Of a stretch of DNA of 64,000 bases, positions 20,883 to 30,643 are shown in pieces. The first letter of the stretch is position 1. Every line of letters begins with the position of its first letter. The stretch is taken from positions 2,165 through 66,164 of the forward strand of contig JAYEHQ010000076.1 in assembly GCA_034659595.1 (NCBI GenBank), in the 5' to 3' direction. A program made the position numbers and the translations under genes. A model generated the notes under the pieces. That model ran no database searches and was not told the DNA's origin. It saw nothing but the letters and a program-made list of their open reading frames with translations. Source of the DNA: Campylobacterota bacterium (GTDB lineage: Bacteria; Campylobacterota; Campylobacteria; Campylobacterales; Sulfurimonadaceae).

Positions 20883-22004
20883 ATGAAAATACCATTTAAC
20901 AAATATGAAAGTAGTAGAGAAGCACACTCAAATGTAAGTGATGCTCTTGATGGTGATGATTTATGTCAAGTTGAAGAACTTGAAGATGGATTTGTAAAGT
21001 ATATAGGTTGTGAATATGCACATGCTACTTCTAATGGTACATCAGCACTTCACTTAGCAATGCTTTCACTTGATTTAAAGCGTGGAGATAAAGTAGTTTG
21101 TTCTGTAAATGCTCATCCTAATGTTGCAGAGGTTGTTCGTCATTTTGATGCTGAACCTATTTTTATAGACATAGATGAAGAAACATACAACATAAATATA
21201 GATTCTTTAGAAGCTTATTTGCAAGATAATCAATCTAAGAAATTAAAAGCAGCTATAGTTACACATATTGCGGGAACTTGTGTTGATTTGCAAAGAGTTT
21301 ATAATATAGCAAAAATATATAATGTAAAAATAGTTGAAGATGCAAGTGATGCTTTAGGAGCGACTTATAATGGTGTAAAAATTGGTTCGACAGGTGCTGA
21401 TATTACATGTTTTAATTTTTCTTCACATTTAAAGAAGAATATTTGTAATGGTGGAATGTTAGTTACAAATAATGAAGATATTATAACAAGAGCAAGATTA
21501 CTCTCAAACCATGCTATAAAACGCTTAGAAAATGCGTTAGAGTATATTTATGATGTTATAGATATTGGTTATGATTATTCAATGAGTCAATTAGATGCTG
21601 CTTATATAAGAGCTCAAATACAATCTCAAGATGACAATATTTCAAGACAGCGTGAAATAGCAACTATGTATAATAAATCTCTTAAAAATGTAGAACATAT
21701 TAAAATATCGGCATTAATAAATGATGAACAACCATATTTTTCATATATTATTAACATAGATAAGAATCGTGATTCATTTGCATTGGAATTAAAAAAAGAG
21801 GGGATAGATACAGGTCTTCATTTTATACCTCTTCATCTTTTAAGTTATTATAAATCAAAATACTCGTTAAAAATAAATAGTTATCCAGTAGCACTTCGTT
21901 CTTTTCAAACTGTACTTTCTCTACCAATATATCCAAGTATGAGTGATAAAGAAGTAAAAACAGTTATAGATAAAATTAAAAAAATAGCAAAAACAAGAGT
22001 ATAG
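20883..22004 (+). CDS. DegT/DnrJ/EryC1/StrS aminotransferase family protein with divergent active site
   Basis: SNGTSALHLA, EDASDALGA, GGMLVT, LSLPIYP. Confidence 0.85.
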   Translation: MKIPFNKYESSREAHSNVSDALDGDDLCQVEELEDGFVKYIGCEYAHATSNGTSALHLAMLSLDLKRGDKVVCSVNAHPNVAEVVRHFDAEPIFIDIDEETYNINIDSLEAYLQDNQSKKLKAAIVTHIAGTCVDLQRVYNIAKIYNVKIVEDASDALGATYNGVKIGSTGADITCFNFSSHLKKNICNGGMLVTNNEDIITRARLLSNHAIKRLENALEYIYDVIDIGYDYSMSQLDAAYIRAQIQSQDDNISRQREIATMYNKSLKNVEHIKISALINDEQPYFSYIINIDKNRDSFALELKKEGIDTGLHFIPLHLLSYYKSKYSLKINSYPVALRSFQTVLSLPIYPSMSDKEVKTVIDKIKKIAKTRV

Positions 22005-22919
22005 TTGAAAACAGCTTTAGTATTTTGGATTGAGAATTATTTCTACAATCCAAATTCTTTCCAAAAATTTATATCTTTTTTATTATTACCATTAAGTTGG
22101 CTATATTGCTTTTTAGTATATTTACGCTTTTTATCTAAAAAACCAGAAGATTTTGGTCTAAGTATAGTAAGTGTAGGAAACTTAACTGTAGGTGGAAGTG
22201 GAAAAACACCAGTTGTTACAGCACTTGCTAGTAAATATGATGATGTTGCTATTGTACTCCGTGGATATGGTCGTAAAAGTAAAGGACTATATGTTATTAG
22301 TGATGGAAAACAAATTTTGTATGATGTAGAGATAAGTGGTGATGAAGCTCGTATCTATGCAGATAAATTACCAAAAGCTATGGTCATAGTAAGTGAAGAT
22401 AGAAAAAAAGGGATACTAAAAGCTAAAGAGATGGGTGCAAAGATTATTTTTTTAGATGATGCTTATTCAAAACATGATATAAAAAAACTTGATTTACTTA
22501 TAGAAGTAGAGTGTAAAAATAGTTCATGCCTTCCATCTGGTTCATTTCGAGAGAGACTTTATAATCAAAAAAAAGTAGTAATTTTAAAAGAAAATGATGA
22601 TTTTAAAAGAATTGTAACCTTAAAAAATAAAACAGATAAAATGTCTCTTGTAACCGCTATAGCAAGACCAGAACGATTAGATAAATATTTACCAAAAGTT
22701 GTAAGTAAAAATTATTTTGAAGATCATTATAATTTTACAAAAAATGAGATAGAAGATATTTTAACTCGTGATAGTAGTGATTCCTTATTAGTCACTTATA
22801 AAGATTTTGTTAAGTTAAAATCTTTTGGTGTAAAACTTTCTCTTTTAGATTTAGATGTAGAGATAGATAATAGAATTTTTCAAATAATAGATAGTTATAC
22901 ACATCCCACTAGTATATAA
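22005..22919 (+). CDS. lpxK: Tetraacyldisaccharide 4'-kinase
   Basis: SVGNLTVGGSGKTP, RGYG, GDE, LDDA. Confidence 0.94.
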   Translation: MKTALVFWIENYFYNPNSFQKFISFLLLPLSWLYCFLVYLRFLSKKPEDFGLSIVSVGNLTVGGSGKTPVVTALASKYDDVAIVLRGYGRKSKGLYVISDGKQILYDVEISGDEARIYADKLPKAMVIVSEDRKKGILKAKEMGAKIIFLDDAYSKHDIKKLDLLIEVECKNSSCLPSGSFRERLYNQKKVVILKENDDFKRIVTLKNKTDKMSLVTAIARPERLDKYLPKVVSKNYFEDHYNFTKNEIEDILTRDSSDSLLVTYKDFVKLKSFGVKLSLLDLDVEIDNRIFQIIDSYTHPTSI

Positions 22920-22930
22920 GTAAGATTTTT

Positions 22931-22939
22931 TGCTATAAT
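22931..22939 (+). promoter_or_regulatory. Extended -10 promoter placed for a leaderless transcript
   Basis: TGCTATAAT, then 7 nt, then ATG at 22947 with no SD. Confidence 0.65.
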
Positions 22940-22946
22940 CAATCTT

Positions 22947-23360
22947 ATGAAGATTTTACAATTTTTTCTTTTATTATTATTTTTTCAAAGTACAATAAGT
23001 GCTAATATTTATAGAGATATGGTGAAAGTATCTTTAAAAAAAGATGAGCAAAAGAAAGTTCTAGTAAAATATGGTAAAATTCAAAAACTTTTTCAATTTA
23101 GATGGACACTTTTTATTAATGATGGATTAATTATTCTAAAATCTTATGATGATATTGTATCTCAAAATATTCTTTATCTAAATCATAAGAACCAAAGTGT
23201 TCGTATAGAGTTATTGTCTCGTGGAGCAAATAATTATAAAACTCCATATATCTTGGTAAAGTTTATAGAGTTTGATTATGAAAAACATGAAGCAAAATTT
23301 GAGCTTTTTTTGTCTGATGATGAGATGCGAGTAAGGGTAAAGTATTTAAAAAATGATTGA
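22947..23360 (+). CDS. Exported hypothetical protein
   Basis: Signal peptide ending ISA; beta-rich, includes FRWTLF. Confidence 0.75.
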   Translation: MKILQFFLLLLFFQSTISANIYRDMVKVSLKKDEQKKVLVKYGKIQKLFQFRWTLFINDGLIILKSYDDIVSQNILYLNHKNQSVRIELLSRGANNYKTPYILVKFIEFDYEKHEAKFELFLSDDEMRVRVKYLKND

Positions 23361-24255
23361 AAATAATATGAAAAAAGTAGAAGCTGAAATAGCTAAACTT
23401 ATAAAAGAATGTGATTATAGTGAAGTGACTCGTCTTTTTAGTATGTTGAGTGGTGGGAAAAGACTTAGAGCTAAACTTATCTTAAAAATAGCACCAGAAA
23501 ATGAAAAAGCACCACTTTTAGCAGCTATAGTAGAACTTATTCACGCTGCAAGTTTACTTCATGATGATGTAATTGATGAAGCACAAACTAGAAGAGGTGT
23601 AGCATCTGTTAATGCAACTGAAGACTCTAAAACGGCGGTAATGCTTGGTGATATTTTGTACTCTAAAGCTTTTACTGAGCTGGTTTCTTTTGACAAAGAG
23701 ATAGCAAGAGCTATAGCTTCCTCTGTTACAGCTTTAAGTAAGGGTGAAATGATAGATGTCAAAATGGCAGAAAATTTCAATTTTGATGAAAAAAAATATC
23801 TTGATATGCTTTATCTAAAAACTGCTACCCTTATAGAAGCTTCTGCAGTTGCATCTGCATATTTAGCTGGTAAAGATATTGAAAAGTATGCTATTTATGG
23901 TCGTAATCTTGGATTGTCATTTCAGATTATAGATGATATTTTAGATATAACACAAGATTCACAAACTCTTGGAAAACCAGCTTTAAATGATTTTGTAGAG
24001 GGTAAGTGTACGCTACCATATATATATCTTTATGAAGAGTTAACTAGTGAAGATAAAACGAGACTAAAATCTTTACATGCAAAAGAGTTAGATAAAGTAA
24101 ATTCTGATTGGATAAAAGAAAAAATGAAAGAGTTTAAAACTGTAGAAAAATCATTTAAACTAGCTACAAAACTATCAAATGAAGCAATGTTAGCTGTTAA
24201 AGATGACAAAGAACTTGTATCTATCTTAGAAACAATGATAAAAAGAAGTTATTAA
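23353..24255 (+). CDS. ispB: Polyprenyl (octaprenyl) diphosphate synthase
   Basis: GGKRLR, LHDDVID, RRG, FQIIDDILD. Confidence 0.9.
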   Translation: MIENNMKKVEAEIAKLIKECDYSEVTRLFSMLSGGKRLRAKLILKIAPENEKAPLLAAIVELIHAASLLHDDVIDEAQTRRGVASVNATEDSKTAVMLGDILYSKAFTELVSFDKEIARAIASSVTALSKGEMIDVKMAENFNFDEKKYLDMLYLKTATLIEASAVASAYLAGKDIEKYAIYGRNLGLSFQIIDDILDITQDSQTLGKPALNDFVEGKCTLPYIYLYEELTSEDKTRLKSLHAKELDKVNSDWIKEKMKEFKTVEKSFKLATKLSNEAMLAVKDDKELVSILETMIKRSY

Positions 24256-25544
24256 TGCGCTACTTAAATATAAGTTTCTCATATAAAAATGCTGATTTAG
24301 AAATTAGAGAAAAATTAACATATCCTAATGATAAAAGTGTAGAGGGATGTTTAAAAAAGCTAAATAGTGCTGAAAGTATAAATGAAGTAGTACTTATATC
24401 TACATGTAACCGTATGGAGATTTTTTCTAGTTGTAGTGATATTGAAGATGCAAGAAATCATATTTTTGAAATGTTAAGTGCAAGAGCTGGTTTTAGTGTA
24501 AGTGAACTAGAAGATAAATCAGATACATATGATGATAGTAGTGCTATACACCATATTTTTAAAGTTGCTTCATCACTTGACTCTATGGTGGTAGGTGAGA
24601 CACAAATCGCTGGACAGTTAAAAGATGCTTTTAGATTTTCACATGACAAAGGTTATTGTGATAAAAAGATAGCTAGAGCAATTAGAAGTGCTTTCAAATG
24701 TGCAGCAAAAGTTAGAAATGCAACAGATATTTCATCTAAACCAGTTTCAGTAGCTAGTGTAGCTGTATCAAAATTAAAGTCTGTTTTAGATGATTTAACT
24801 GGTAAAAAAACACTTATCATAGGTGTAGGTGAGATGAGTGAAATAACTGCAAAACATATGATTTCTAGTGGTGCTGATGTTTATATAATGAATAGAACAA
24901 AACAAAAAGCTGAAACTTTAGCCGAGGAGTGTGGTGCTAAAGTTATAGATTATGGACAATTAGATAGTGCTGTAAATCAATTTGAGATAATTTTTACTGC
25001 TACATCATCAAATGTACCTATAATTACAAACGAGATGATTGATTTATGTAATTATCAAAGATATTGGTTTGATCTTGCTGTTCCTAGAGATATAAGTTGT
25101 GCATATACAGGTATGATAAAGCTATACACTGTTGATGACTTAACTAGTATAGTTGATAATAATAAATCTCAAAGGGAAAAAGAAGCTAGAAAAGCTCATG
25201 GTATAGTGGGTCGTAGTGTTGTTGAGTTTTTTGAATGGCTTGATACTTTAAATGTAGAACCTATGATAAAAGAGATATATCAAAAAGCTTATAATGTAGC
25301 CCAAATTGAATCATCAAGAGTATGTGAAAAAGGTTTTATACCTAAAGAGTATGAATCAGAAGCTAGAAAGATGGCTGAGCAAACTTTGAAAAGATTTTTA
25401 CATGATATGACTACTAGGATGAGAGATGCTACAGGTGAATCAAAAAATGACAGCATCTCTGGAATGATACAAATAATATCAAATGCTAGTCATGATGAAG
25501 TTCCAGATAAGTATAAAAAGATGAAGGAAAAAAATAATGAATAA
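24255..25544 (+). CDS. hemA: Glutamyl-tRNA reductase
   Basis: STCNRME, LDSMVVGETQI, GVGEM, DLAVPRDI. Confidence 0.96.
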   Translation: MRYLNISFSYKNADLEIREKLTYPNDKSVEGCLKKLNSAESINEVVLISTCNRMEIFSSCSDIEDARNHIFEMLSARAGFSVSELEDKSDTYDDSSAIHHIFKVASSLDSMVVGETQIAGQLKDAFRFSHDKGYCDKKIARAIRSAFKCAAKVRNATDISSKPVSVASVAVSKLKSVLDDLTGKKTLIIGVGEMSEITAKHMISSGADVYIMNRTKQKAETLAEECGAKVIDYGQLDSAVNQFEIIFTATSSNVPIITNEMIDLCNYQRYWFDLAVPRDISCAYTGMIKLYTVDDLTSIVDNNKSQREKEARKAHGIVGRSVVEFFEWLDTLNVEPMIKEIYQKAYNVAQIESSRVCEKGFIPKEYESEARKMAEQTLKRFLHDMTTRMRDATGESKNDSISGMIQIISNASHDEVPDKYKKMKEKNNE

Positions 25545-25623
25545 TAATTTCTCGCCTATAGGCGTAGCTTTAGTGATAGGAATTTTTCAAGGAATTTACT
25601 TCCTTGGAAAAGGAGACAGATAA
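25537..25623 (+). repeat. Palindromic element between hemA and proS that also forms a 28-codon ORF
   Basis: Perfect palindrome CGCCTATAGGCG (25553-25564), CGTAGCTTTAG core, 12-bp stem 25583-25611; [31 protein letters not shown]. Confidence 0.6.
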
Positions 25624-25625
25624 TT

Positions 25626-26930
25626 ATGAGAAGAAGTAAAGCATTTATTCCAACAACAAAAGAAGTTCCATCAGATGCAACTTTACCTAGCCATCAGTTT
25701 TTGATTCGTGGAGGTTTTATAAATCAACAAGGTGCAGGTCTTTATAATTATTTACCACTTGGAAAGATTGTATTAGAAAAGATTAGAGCTATAGTAAAAG
25801 AGGAACTTGACAATGCTGGTTGTAATGAAGTACAGCTTAGTTTTGTAACTCCTGTAAATTTGTGGGAGAGAAGTGGACGAGCTGATACTATGGGTAAGGA
25901 GATGCTTAGAATCTCTGATAGACATGATAATGATTTTGTATTAAGCCCTACAAATGAAGAAGCAATGGTTGAACTTGTAAAAAATAGAGTTACAAGTTAC
26001 AAAGATTTACCTCTGAACCTATACCAAATAAATACAAAATTTCGTGATGAAGCTAGACCTAGATATGGACTTCTTCGTGGTCGTGAATTTCTTATGAAAG
26101 ATGGTTACTCTTTTCATGCTTCAAAAGAAGATATGATTAGAGAGTTTAATCTAATGGAAGAGACTTATAAAAAGATTTTTGCAAGATTAGGACTTGATTT
26201 TAGAGTAGTTCAAGCTGATAGTGGTGCTATTGGTGGAACTGGAAGTAAAGAATTTCATGTTTTAGCTGATAGTGGTGAAGATACTATAGTTGTTTGTGAG
26301 AGTTGTGATTATGGTGCAAATATAGAGACAATTTTTCAAACGCAAGAAGAGATAGATGCTTTAAATGAAAAATCTTACGAAGAACTTCAAACAAAATCTA
26401 TAGATGAAAAATGTTCATGTGGTGCAAATCTTAGCTTTAAAAAAGGTATAGAAGTTGGACATATATTTCAACTAGGTGAAACATATTCATCAGCACTAGA
26501 TGCAAAGTTTAATGATGAAAATGGAAGAGCAAAACCATTTGAAATGGCTACATTCGGCATAGGTGTAAGTAGGCTAGTGGCATCTGTAATAGAGCAAAAT
26601 CATGATGAAAATGGTTGTATCTGGACAAAAAATACAGCACCTTATAGTGTAAATATTATGATTTCAAATATAAAAGATGAAGCCCAGAATACGCTTGGTG
26701 AAGAGTTATATCTTAAGCTATTAGGTGAAAATGTAGAAGTTCTACTTGATGATAGAAAAGAAAGATTTGGTTTTAAAATGAAAGATGCTGAACTTATTGG
26801 TTTCCCATATACTATTATCATAGGAAAAGAATTGAAAAATGGTTTAGTGCAAATTTATGATAGAAAAACTAAAGAAAAAACTTCTGTTAACATAGGTGAT
26901 ATTTATAAAGAGATTATGGAACTTATATAA
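25626..26930 (+). CDS. proS: Proline--tRNA ligase, bacterial type, short form without full INS editing domain
   Basis: [50 protein letters not shown] and anticodon domain; 434 aa. Confidence 0.95.
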   Translation: MRRSKAFIPTTKEVPSDATLPSHQFLIRGGFINQQGAGLYNYLPLGKIVLEKIRAIVKEELDNAGCNEVQLSFVTPVNLWERSGRADTMGKEMLRISDRHDNDFVLSPTNEEAMVELVKNRVTSYKDLPLNLYQINTKFRDEARPRYGLLRGREFLMKDGYSFHASKEDMIREFNLMEETYKKIFARLGLDFRVVQADSGAIGGTGSKEFHVLADSGEDTIVVCESCDYGANIETIFQTQEEIDALNEKSYEELQTKSIDEKCSCGANLSFKKGIEVGHIFQLGETYSSALDAKFNDENGRAKPFEMATFGIGVSRLVASVIEQNHDENGCIWTKNTAPYSVNIMISNIKDEAQNTLGEELYLKLLGENVEVLLDDRKERFGFKMKDAELIGFPYTIIIGKELKNGLVQIYDRKTKEKTSVNIGDIYKEIMELI

Positions 26931-27358
26931 TGATTTATTTTATAGTTTATCTATTTTTAGAGGTATTATTATCAGTTAATATATCTTCTACTATTGGTGG
27001 TTTAAGCACTTTCTTTGAGATATTATTAAGTGCTTTTATAGGTATATCTATATTAATTAATTTTAGAAAAACACTTGTTGAAAATATGACTGCAGTTTCA
27101 TATAATTGTATAGATTTACAACAGTTTCAAAAATTAAATTTATTTACACTTATTGGAGCTATTTTTTTAATAATACCTGGATTTTTAACTGATATTATAG
27201 GAATACTTATGCAATTTAGTGTAATAACGAGTATGTTTGTTAATCGTTATAATGTAAAATCTAACAAATGTAATGTTGAAAATACTCAAGAAAATATACA
27301 AAAGGATTCAGATGTTATCGATGTTGAAATTATCACTCACAATACTACTTCTAAGTAG
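26930..27358 (+). CDS. fxsA: FxsA family membrane protein
   Basis: LIIPGFLTDIIG and C-terminal VIDVE. Confidence 0.85.
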   Translation: MIYFIVYLFLEVLLSVNISSTIGGLSTFFEILLSAFIGISILINFRKTLVENMTAVSYNCIDLQQFQKLNLFTLIGAIFLIIPGFLTDIIGILMQFSVITSMFVNRYNVKSNKCNVENTQENIQKDSDVIDVEIITHNTTSK

Positions 27359-28166
27359 TACACTTTTTGCTTCTACGCCAGAGAATGATTTAAAAGAATT
27401 TTTAGAAAAAAAATTTAAAAATAATCCTAAAATTATTAGTTTAAAAGTAGATATAGTTGATAAAAATATAATTAAAGAGATTGAAGTAAAAGATAAAAAA
27501 AATAGTTGGTATGCTTATGTGATTAAGGTTCATGCTACTGTAAAAAATAATGATAAGAAGAATCAAACTCTTACTCAAAAGATGATTTGGTTTTCAAATG
27601 GCACAATAATAACACCAGAATTTATTGATATGGATACTGGTGATTCCCTTAAGGATGATTTCCCATCTTTTGAAGACTCTTACTATAAAGCGGAAAATCT
27701 TATATATGGAAATAAAAATGCAAAACATAAAGTAGCCATTTTTTCAGACCCATTATGTCCATTTTGTAGGTCATTCATTCCAAAAGCTATAAAAGAGATG
27801 AAAAAACAACCAAATAAATTTGCTATATATTATTACCATTTTCCACTTCCAAGATTACATCCATCAGCAGTAGAACTTTCTTATGCAGCAATAGCCGCAG
27901 AGTTACAAGGTAAAAAAGATGTAGTTTTAAATCTATATAAAGTAAAAGTTAACGCTCATGAAAAAGATGTTAAAAAAATCTTAAAAGCTTTTAATAAAAC
28001 AGTTGGTACAAATATAACAGAAGATGATATTAAATCCTTAAAAGTTAAAGAGCAGTATGAGTTTGACCAAAAAGTTGCAGAAGCTGTAATGGTGGCAGGT
28101 ACACCAACAATATTTTTTGATGGTAAATTAGATAAAAGTAAGAAAAAATATCAAAAGGTTAAATAG
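27312..28166 (+). CDS. Periplasmic DsbA/DsbC-like thioredoxin-fold protein
   Basis: Signal peptide; FSDPLCPFC; cis-Pro GTPT; start placed after the AAAGGA SD. Confidence 0.85.
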   Translation: MLSMLKLSLTILLLSSTLFASTPENDLKEFLEKKFKNNPKIISLKVDIVDKNIIKEIEVKDKKNSWYAYVIKVHATVKNNDKKNQTLTQKMIWFSNGTIITPEFIDMDTGDSLKDDFPSFEDSYYKAENLIYGNKNAKHKVAIFSDPLCPFCRSFIPKAIKEMKKQPNKFAIYYYHFPLPRLHPSAVELSYAAIAAELQGKKDVVLNLYKVKVNAHEKDVKKILKAFNKTVGTNITEDDIKSLKVKEQYEFDQKVAEAVMVAGTPTIFFDGKLDKSKKKYQKVK

Positions 28167-28168
28167 AT

Positions 28169-29128
28169 ATGAAAAAACTAACAATAGCAACAAGAGTTTC
28201 AGATTTAGCACTTTGGCAAGCTTATCATATAAAAGATAGAGTTGAAGCAACTTATCCTGATATAGAAGTAGTTTTAAATAAGATTGTAAGTAATGGTGAT
28301 AAAGTTTTAGATAAACCACTTGCACTAATAGGTGGAAAAGGGCATTTTACAAAAGAGCTAGAAGATGCAATGTTAGCAGGATATGCTGATATTGCTGTTC
28401 ATAGTTTAAAAGATGTACCTACATATATACCAGATGGTTTAGAATTAGTTGCAGTTACAACTAGGCAAGACCAAAGAGATGTGTTTTTATCACATAAGTA
28501 TAATTCGTTAGAAGATTTACCACAAGGTGCAGTAGTTGGCACTACAAGTCTTAGAAGAAGGATGCAGCTTTTACAACAGAGACCTGATTTAAAAGTAAAA
28601 GATTTAAGAGGTAATGTAAATACTAGACTTAGAAAGTTAGCAGAGGGTCAATACGATGCTATTATACTTGCATTTATAGGTCTTGATAGATTAGATTTAC
28701 TAAAAGATATTCCACATACTCAAAAACTGTCATTAGATATGATGATACCACCTATGGGTCAAGCAGCTCTTGGTATCGAGATAGTATCTAATGATGCAAA
28801 AATAAGAGAGATAGCATTAAGTGTTAATGATAAAAATACTTTTATTTGTACTAAAATAGAAAGAGATTTTATATCAAAAATAGGAGCAGGGTGTTCAGCA
28901 CCTGTAGCTTGTAATGCTGTCATAAATGAAAAAGAGATAACTTTTAGAACAATGATAGGCTTCCCAGATGGAACAAATATCATGCAAGAAAAAATTGTTG
29001 TAGATGTAGAAAAAAGTGATAATCTAGGTTTTGATATGGCTAAGCTTATGATAGATAAAGGTGCGTTAGAGTTATTAAAAAATGCAGAAAAAATAGCATT
29101 TAAAGATGAGATGCCACAGAGACTATAG
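28169..29128 (+). CDS. hemC: Hydroxymethylbilane synthase
   Basis: LALWQA, VHSLKD, GTTSLRR, LRGNVNTRL, GAGCSAP. Confidence 0.97.
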   Translation: MKKLTIATRVSDLALWQAYHIKDRVEATYPDIEVVLNKIVSNGDKVLDKPLALIGGKGHFTKELEDAMLAGYADIAVHSLKDVPTYIPDGLELVAVTTRQDQRDVFLSHKYNSLEDLPQGAVVGTTSLRRRMQLLQQRPDLKVKDLRGNVNTRLRKLAEGQYDAIILAFIGLDRLDLLKDIPHTQKLSLDMMIPPMGQAALGIEIVSNDAKIREIALSVNDKNTFICTKIERDFISKIGAGCSAPVACNAVINEKEITFRTMIGFPDGTNIMQEKIVVDVEKSDNLGFDMAKLMIDKGALELLKNAEKIAFKDEMPQRL

Positions 29129-29131
29129 TAT

Positions 29132-30313
29132 ATGCTAAAATGTTATAAAGTATGTAAATTTTCTTTTTTTATATGGATATTAATATTTAGTTCTTCAATT
29201 TTAGCTAATGAGTATTTTAACCAAAAAGAGTATAATAAAGCATTTCCTATAGTTAAAGAGGAAGCCGAAAATGGTTCAAAAGCATCTATGTACAGACTTG
29301 GATATATGTATATGAATGGTTTAGGTGTAAAAAAAGATATTCAAAAAGCATCTCAATGGTTTCAAAAAAGTGCTTCACAATACCACTATACTTTAGATAT
29401 AAAACCAAAAGAAGATATAGAAAAACTTTCATTTATACAAAGAGTTAGTAATCAAATAGACCCAGTTACCAATAAAAGAAAAAGTGAATATACATTTAAG
29501 AAAATGGATGTAAATACAACAGAAACTAAAGAATTGATTAGTTCTTTGGAAAATACTGGTTTTTATGGACTACAACCATATAAAGCAAATTATATATTAC
29601 CATTTTCATGCTCTACAAATAAATACGATAATGGCGACTTACAAACAGAGGTAGAGTTTCAGCTTAGTTTTAAAAAACCTATAACCTATAATTTATTTGG
29701 TTTTAATGAGCATTTTATTTTGGCATATACTCAAAAAGTTTGGTGGCAAATGTATAGTGATTCGGCACCATTTAGAGAAACAAACTATTTACCAGAGGTT
29801 TATATATCAGTTCCAACTACTAAAAGTATAGATGAAAAATTTGGACTTAAGTTTATGAAGTATTCTTTTTTACATGAATCTAATGGAAGAGCTGGATATA
29901 GTTCTCGTTCATGGAACCGTTTATATGCATCTGCTAATTGGCAATGGGACAACCTTTTTTTATCAACTAGAACATGGTATAGAATCCCAGAAAACAAGAA
30001 AGCTATTAATAATGACCCAAATGCTAAAGGTGATGATAATCCAGATATTTATAAATATTTAGGTTATGGGGATGTTAAAATTAATTATTTTTTTAATAAA
30101 CATGAAGTAGGTTCAATGTTTCGTTATAATTTTGGAATGGGTGGTAAACATAGAGGAGCAATTGATTTGCACTGGACATATCCATTTTTTGGCTCTAAAA
30201 ATACATTTTTATATTTAAGATTTTTCAATGGTTATGGTGAAAGTTTGATTGATTATGATAAATCAGTAACAAAATCATCTATAGGATTTTCTCTTTCAAG
30301 AGAAGTTTTTTAA
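29132..30313 (+). CDS. pldA: Outer-membrane phospholipase A with an N-terminal Sel1 repeat
   Basis: Sel1 LGYMYMNGLGVKKDIQKASQWFQKSA; OMPLA motifs FQLSFK, PFRETNY, HESNG, SRSWNR, GYGESLIDY; terminal Phe. Confidence 0.9.
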   Translation: MLKCYKVCKFSFFIWILIFSSSILANEYFNQKEYNKAFPIVKEEAENGSKASMYRLGYMYMNGLGVKKDIQKASQWFQKSASQYHYTLDIKPKEDIEKLSFIQRVSNQIDPVTNKRKSEYTFKKMDVNTTETKELISSLENTGFYGLQPYKANYILPFSCSTNKYDNGDLQTEVEFQLSFKKPITYNLFGFNEHFILAYTQKVWWQMYSDSAPFRETNYLPEVYISVPTTKSIDEKFGLKFMKYSFLHESNGRAGYSSRSWNRLYASANWQWDNLFLSTRTWYRIPENKKAINNDPNAKGDDNPDIYKYLGYGDVKINYFFNKHEVGSMFRYNFGMGGKHRGAIDLHWTYPFFGSKNTFLYLRFFNGYGESLIDYDKSVTKSSIGFSLSREVF

Positions 30314-30326
30314 TTTAGGAGCAATA

Positions 30327-30639
30327 ATGAATAACAATAAAAAAGTTTTAAGTGTATTGATTTTTTCATTACTTTTTTAGAAGGAACCAGTATTTTATTC
30401 CAAGGTTCCAAAAACATAGAGATGAAATCTCAAAAGAGGTGGGGATACCTATACTACCTGTTTTGCCAAAGTTAGATATAGAGTTGAATGATTATCAAGT
30501 TAGATTAGTAGATGCTATTGATGAAAGAGTTATAAGTGAATTTGAAGCAGATAACAATCTTTCTTACGGTAGTATAGAGATATATTTGTTAAAACTTTTT
30601 TATATTTATAAAGTTTTAGTAGAAGAAAAAAAAGGATAG
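30327..30639 (+). pseudogene. Probable decayed gene for an exported protein
   Basis: AGGAG SD plus MNNNKKVLSVLIFSLLF-stop; a protein-like open stretch continues in another frame (YFIPRFQK...ERVISEFEAD). Confidence 0.4.
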
Positions 30640-30643
30640 TATC

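Noticed and set aside
25545-25625. T-box leader upstream of proS
   Set aside because: Too short, and no T-box consensus (AAGGTGGTACC-like).
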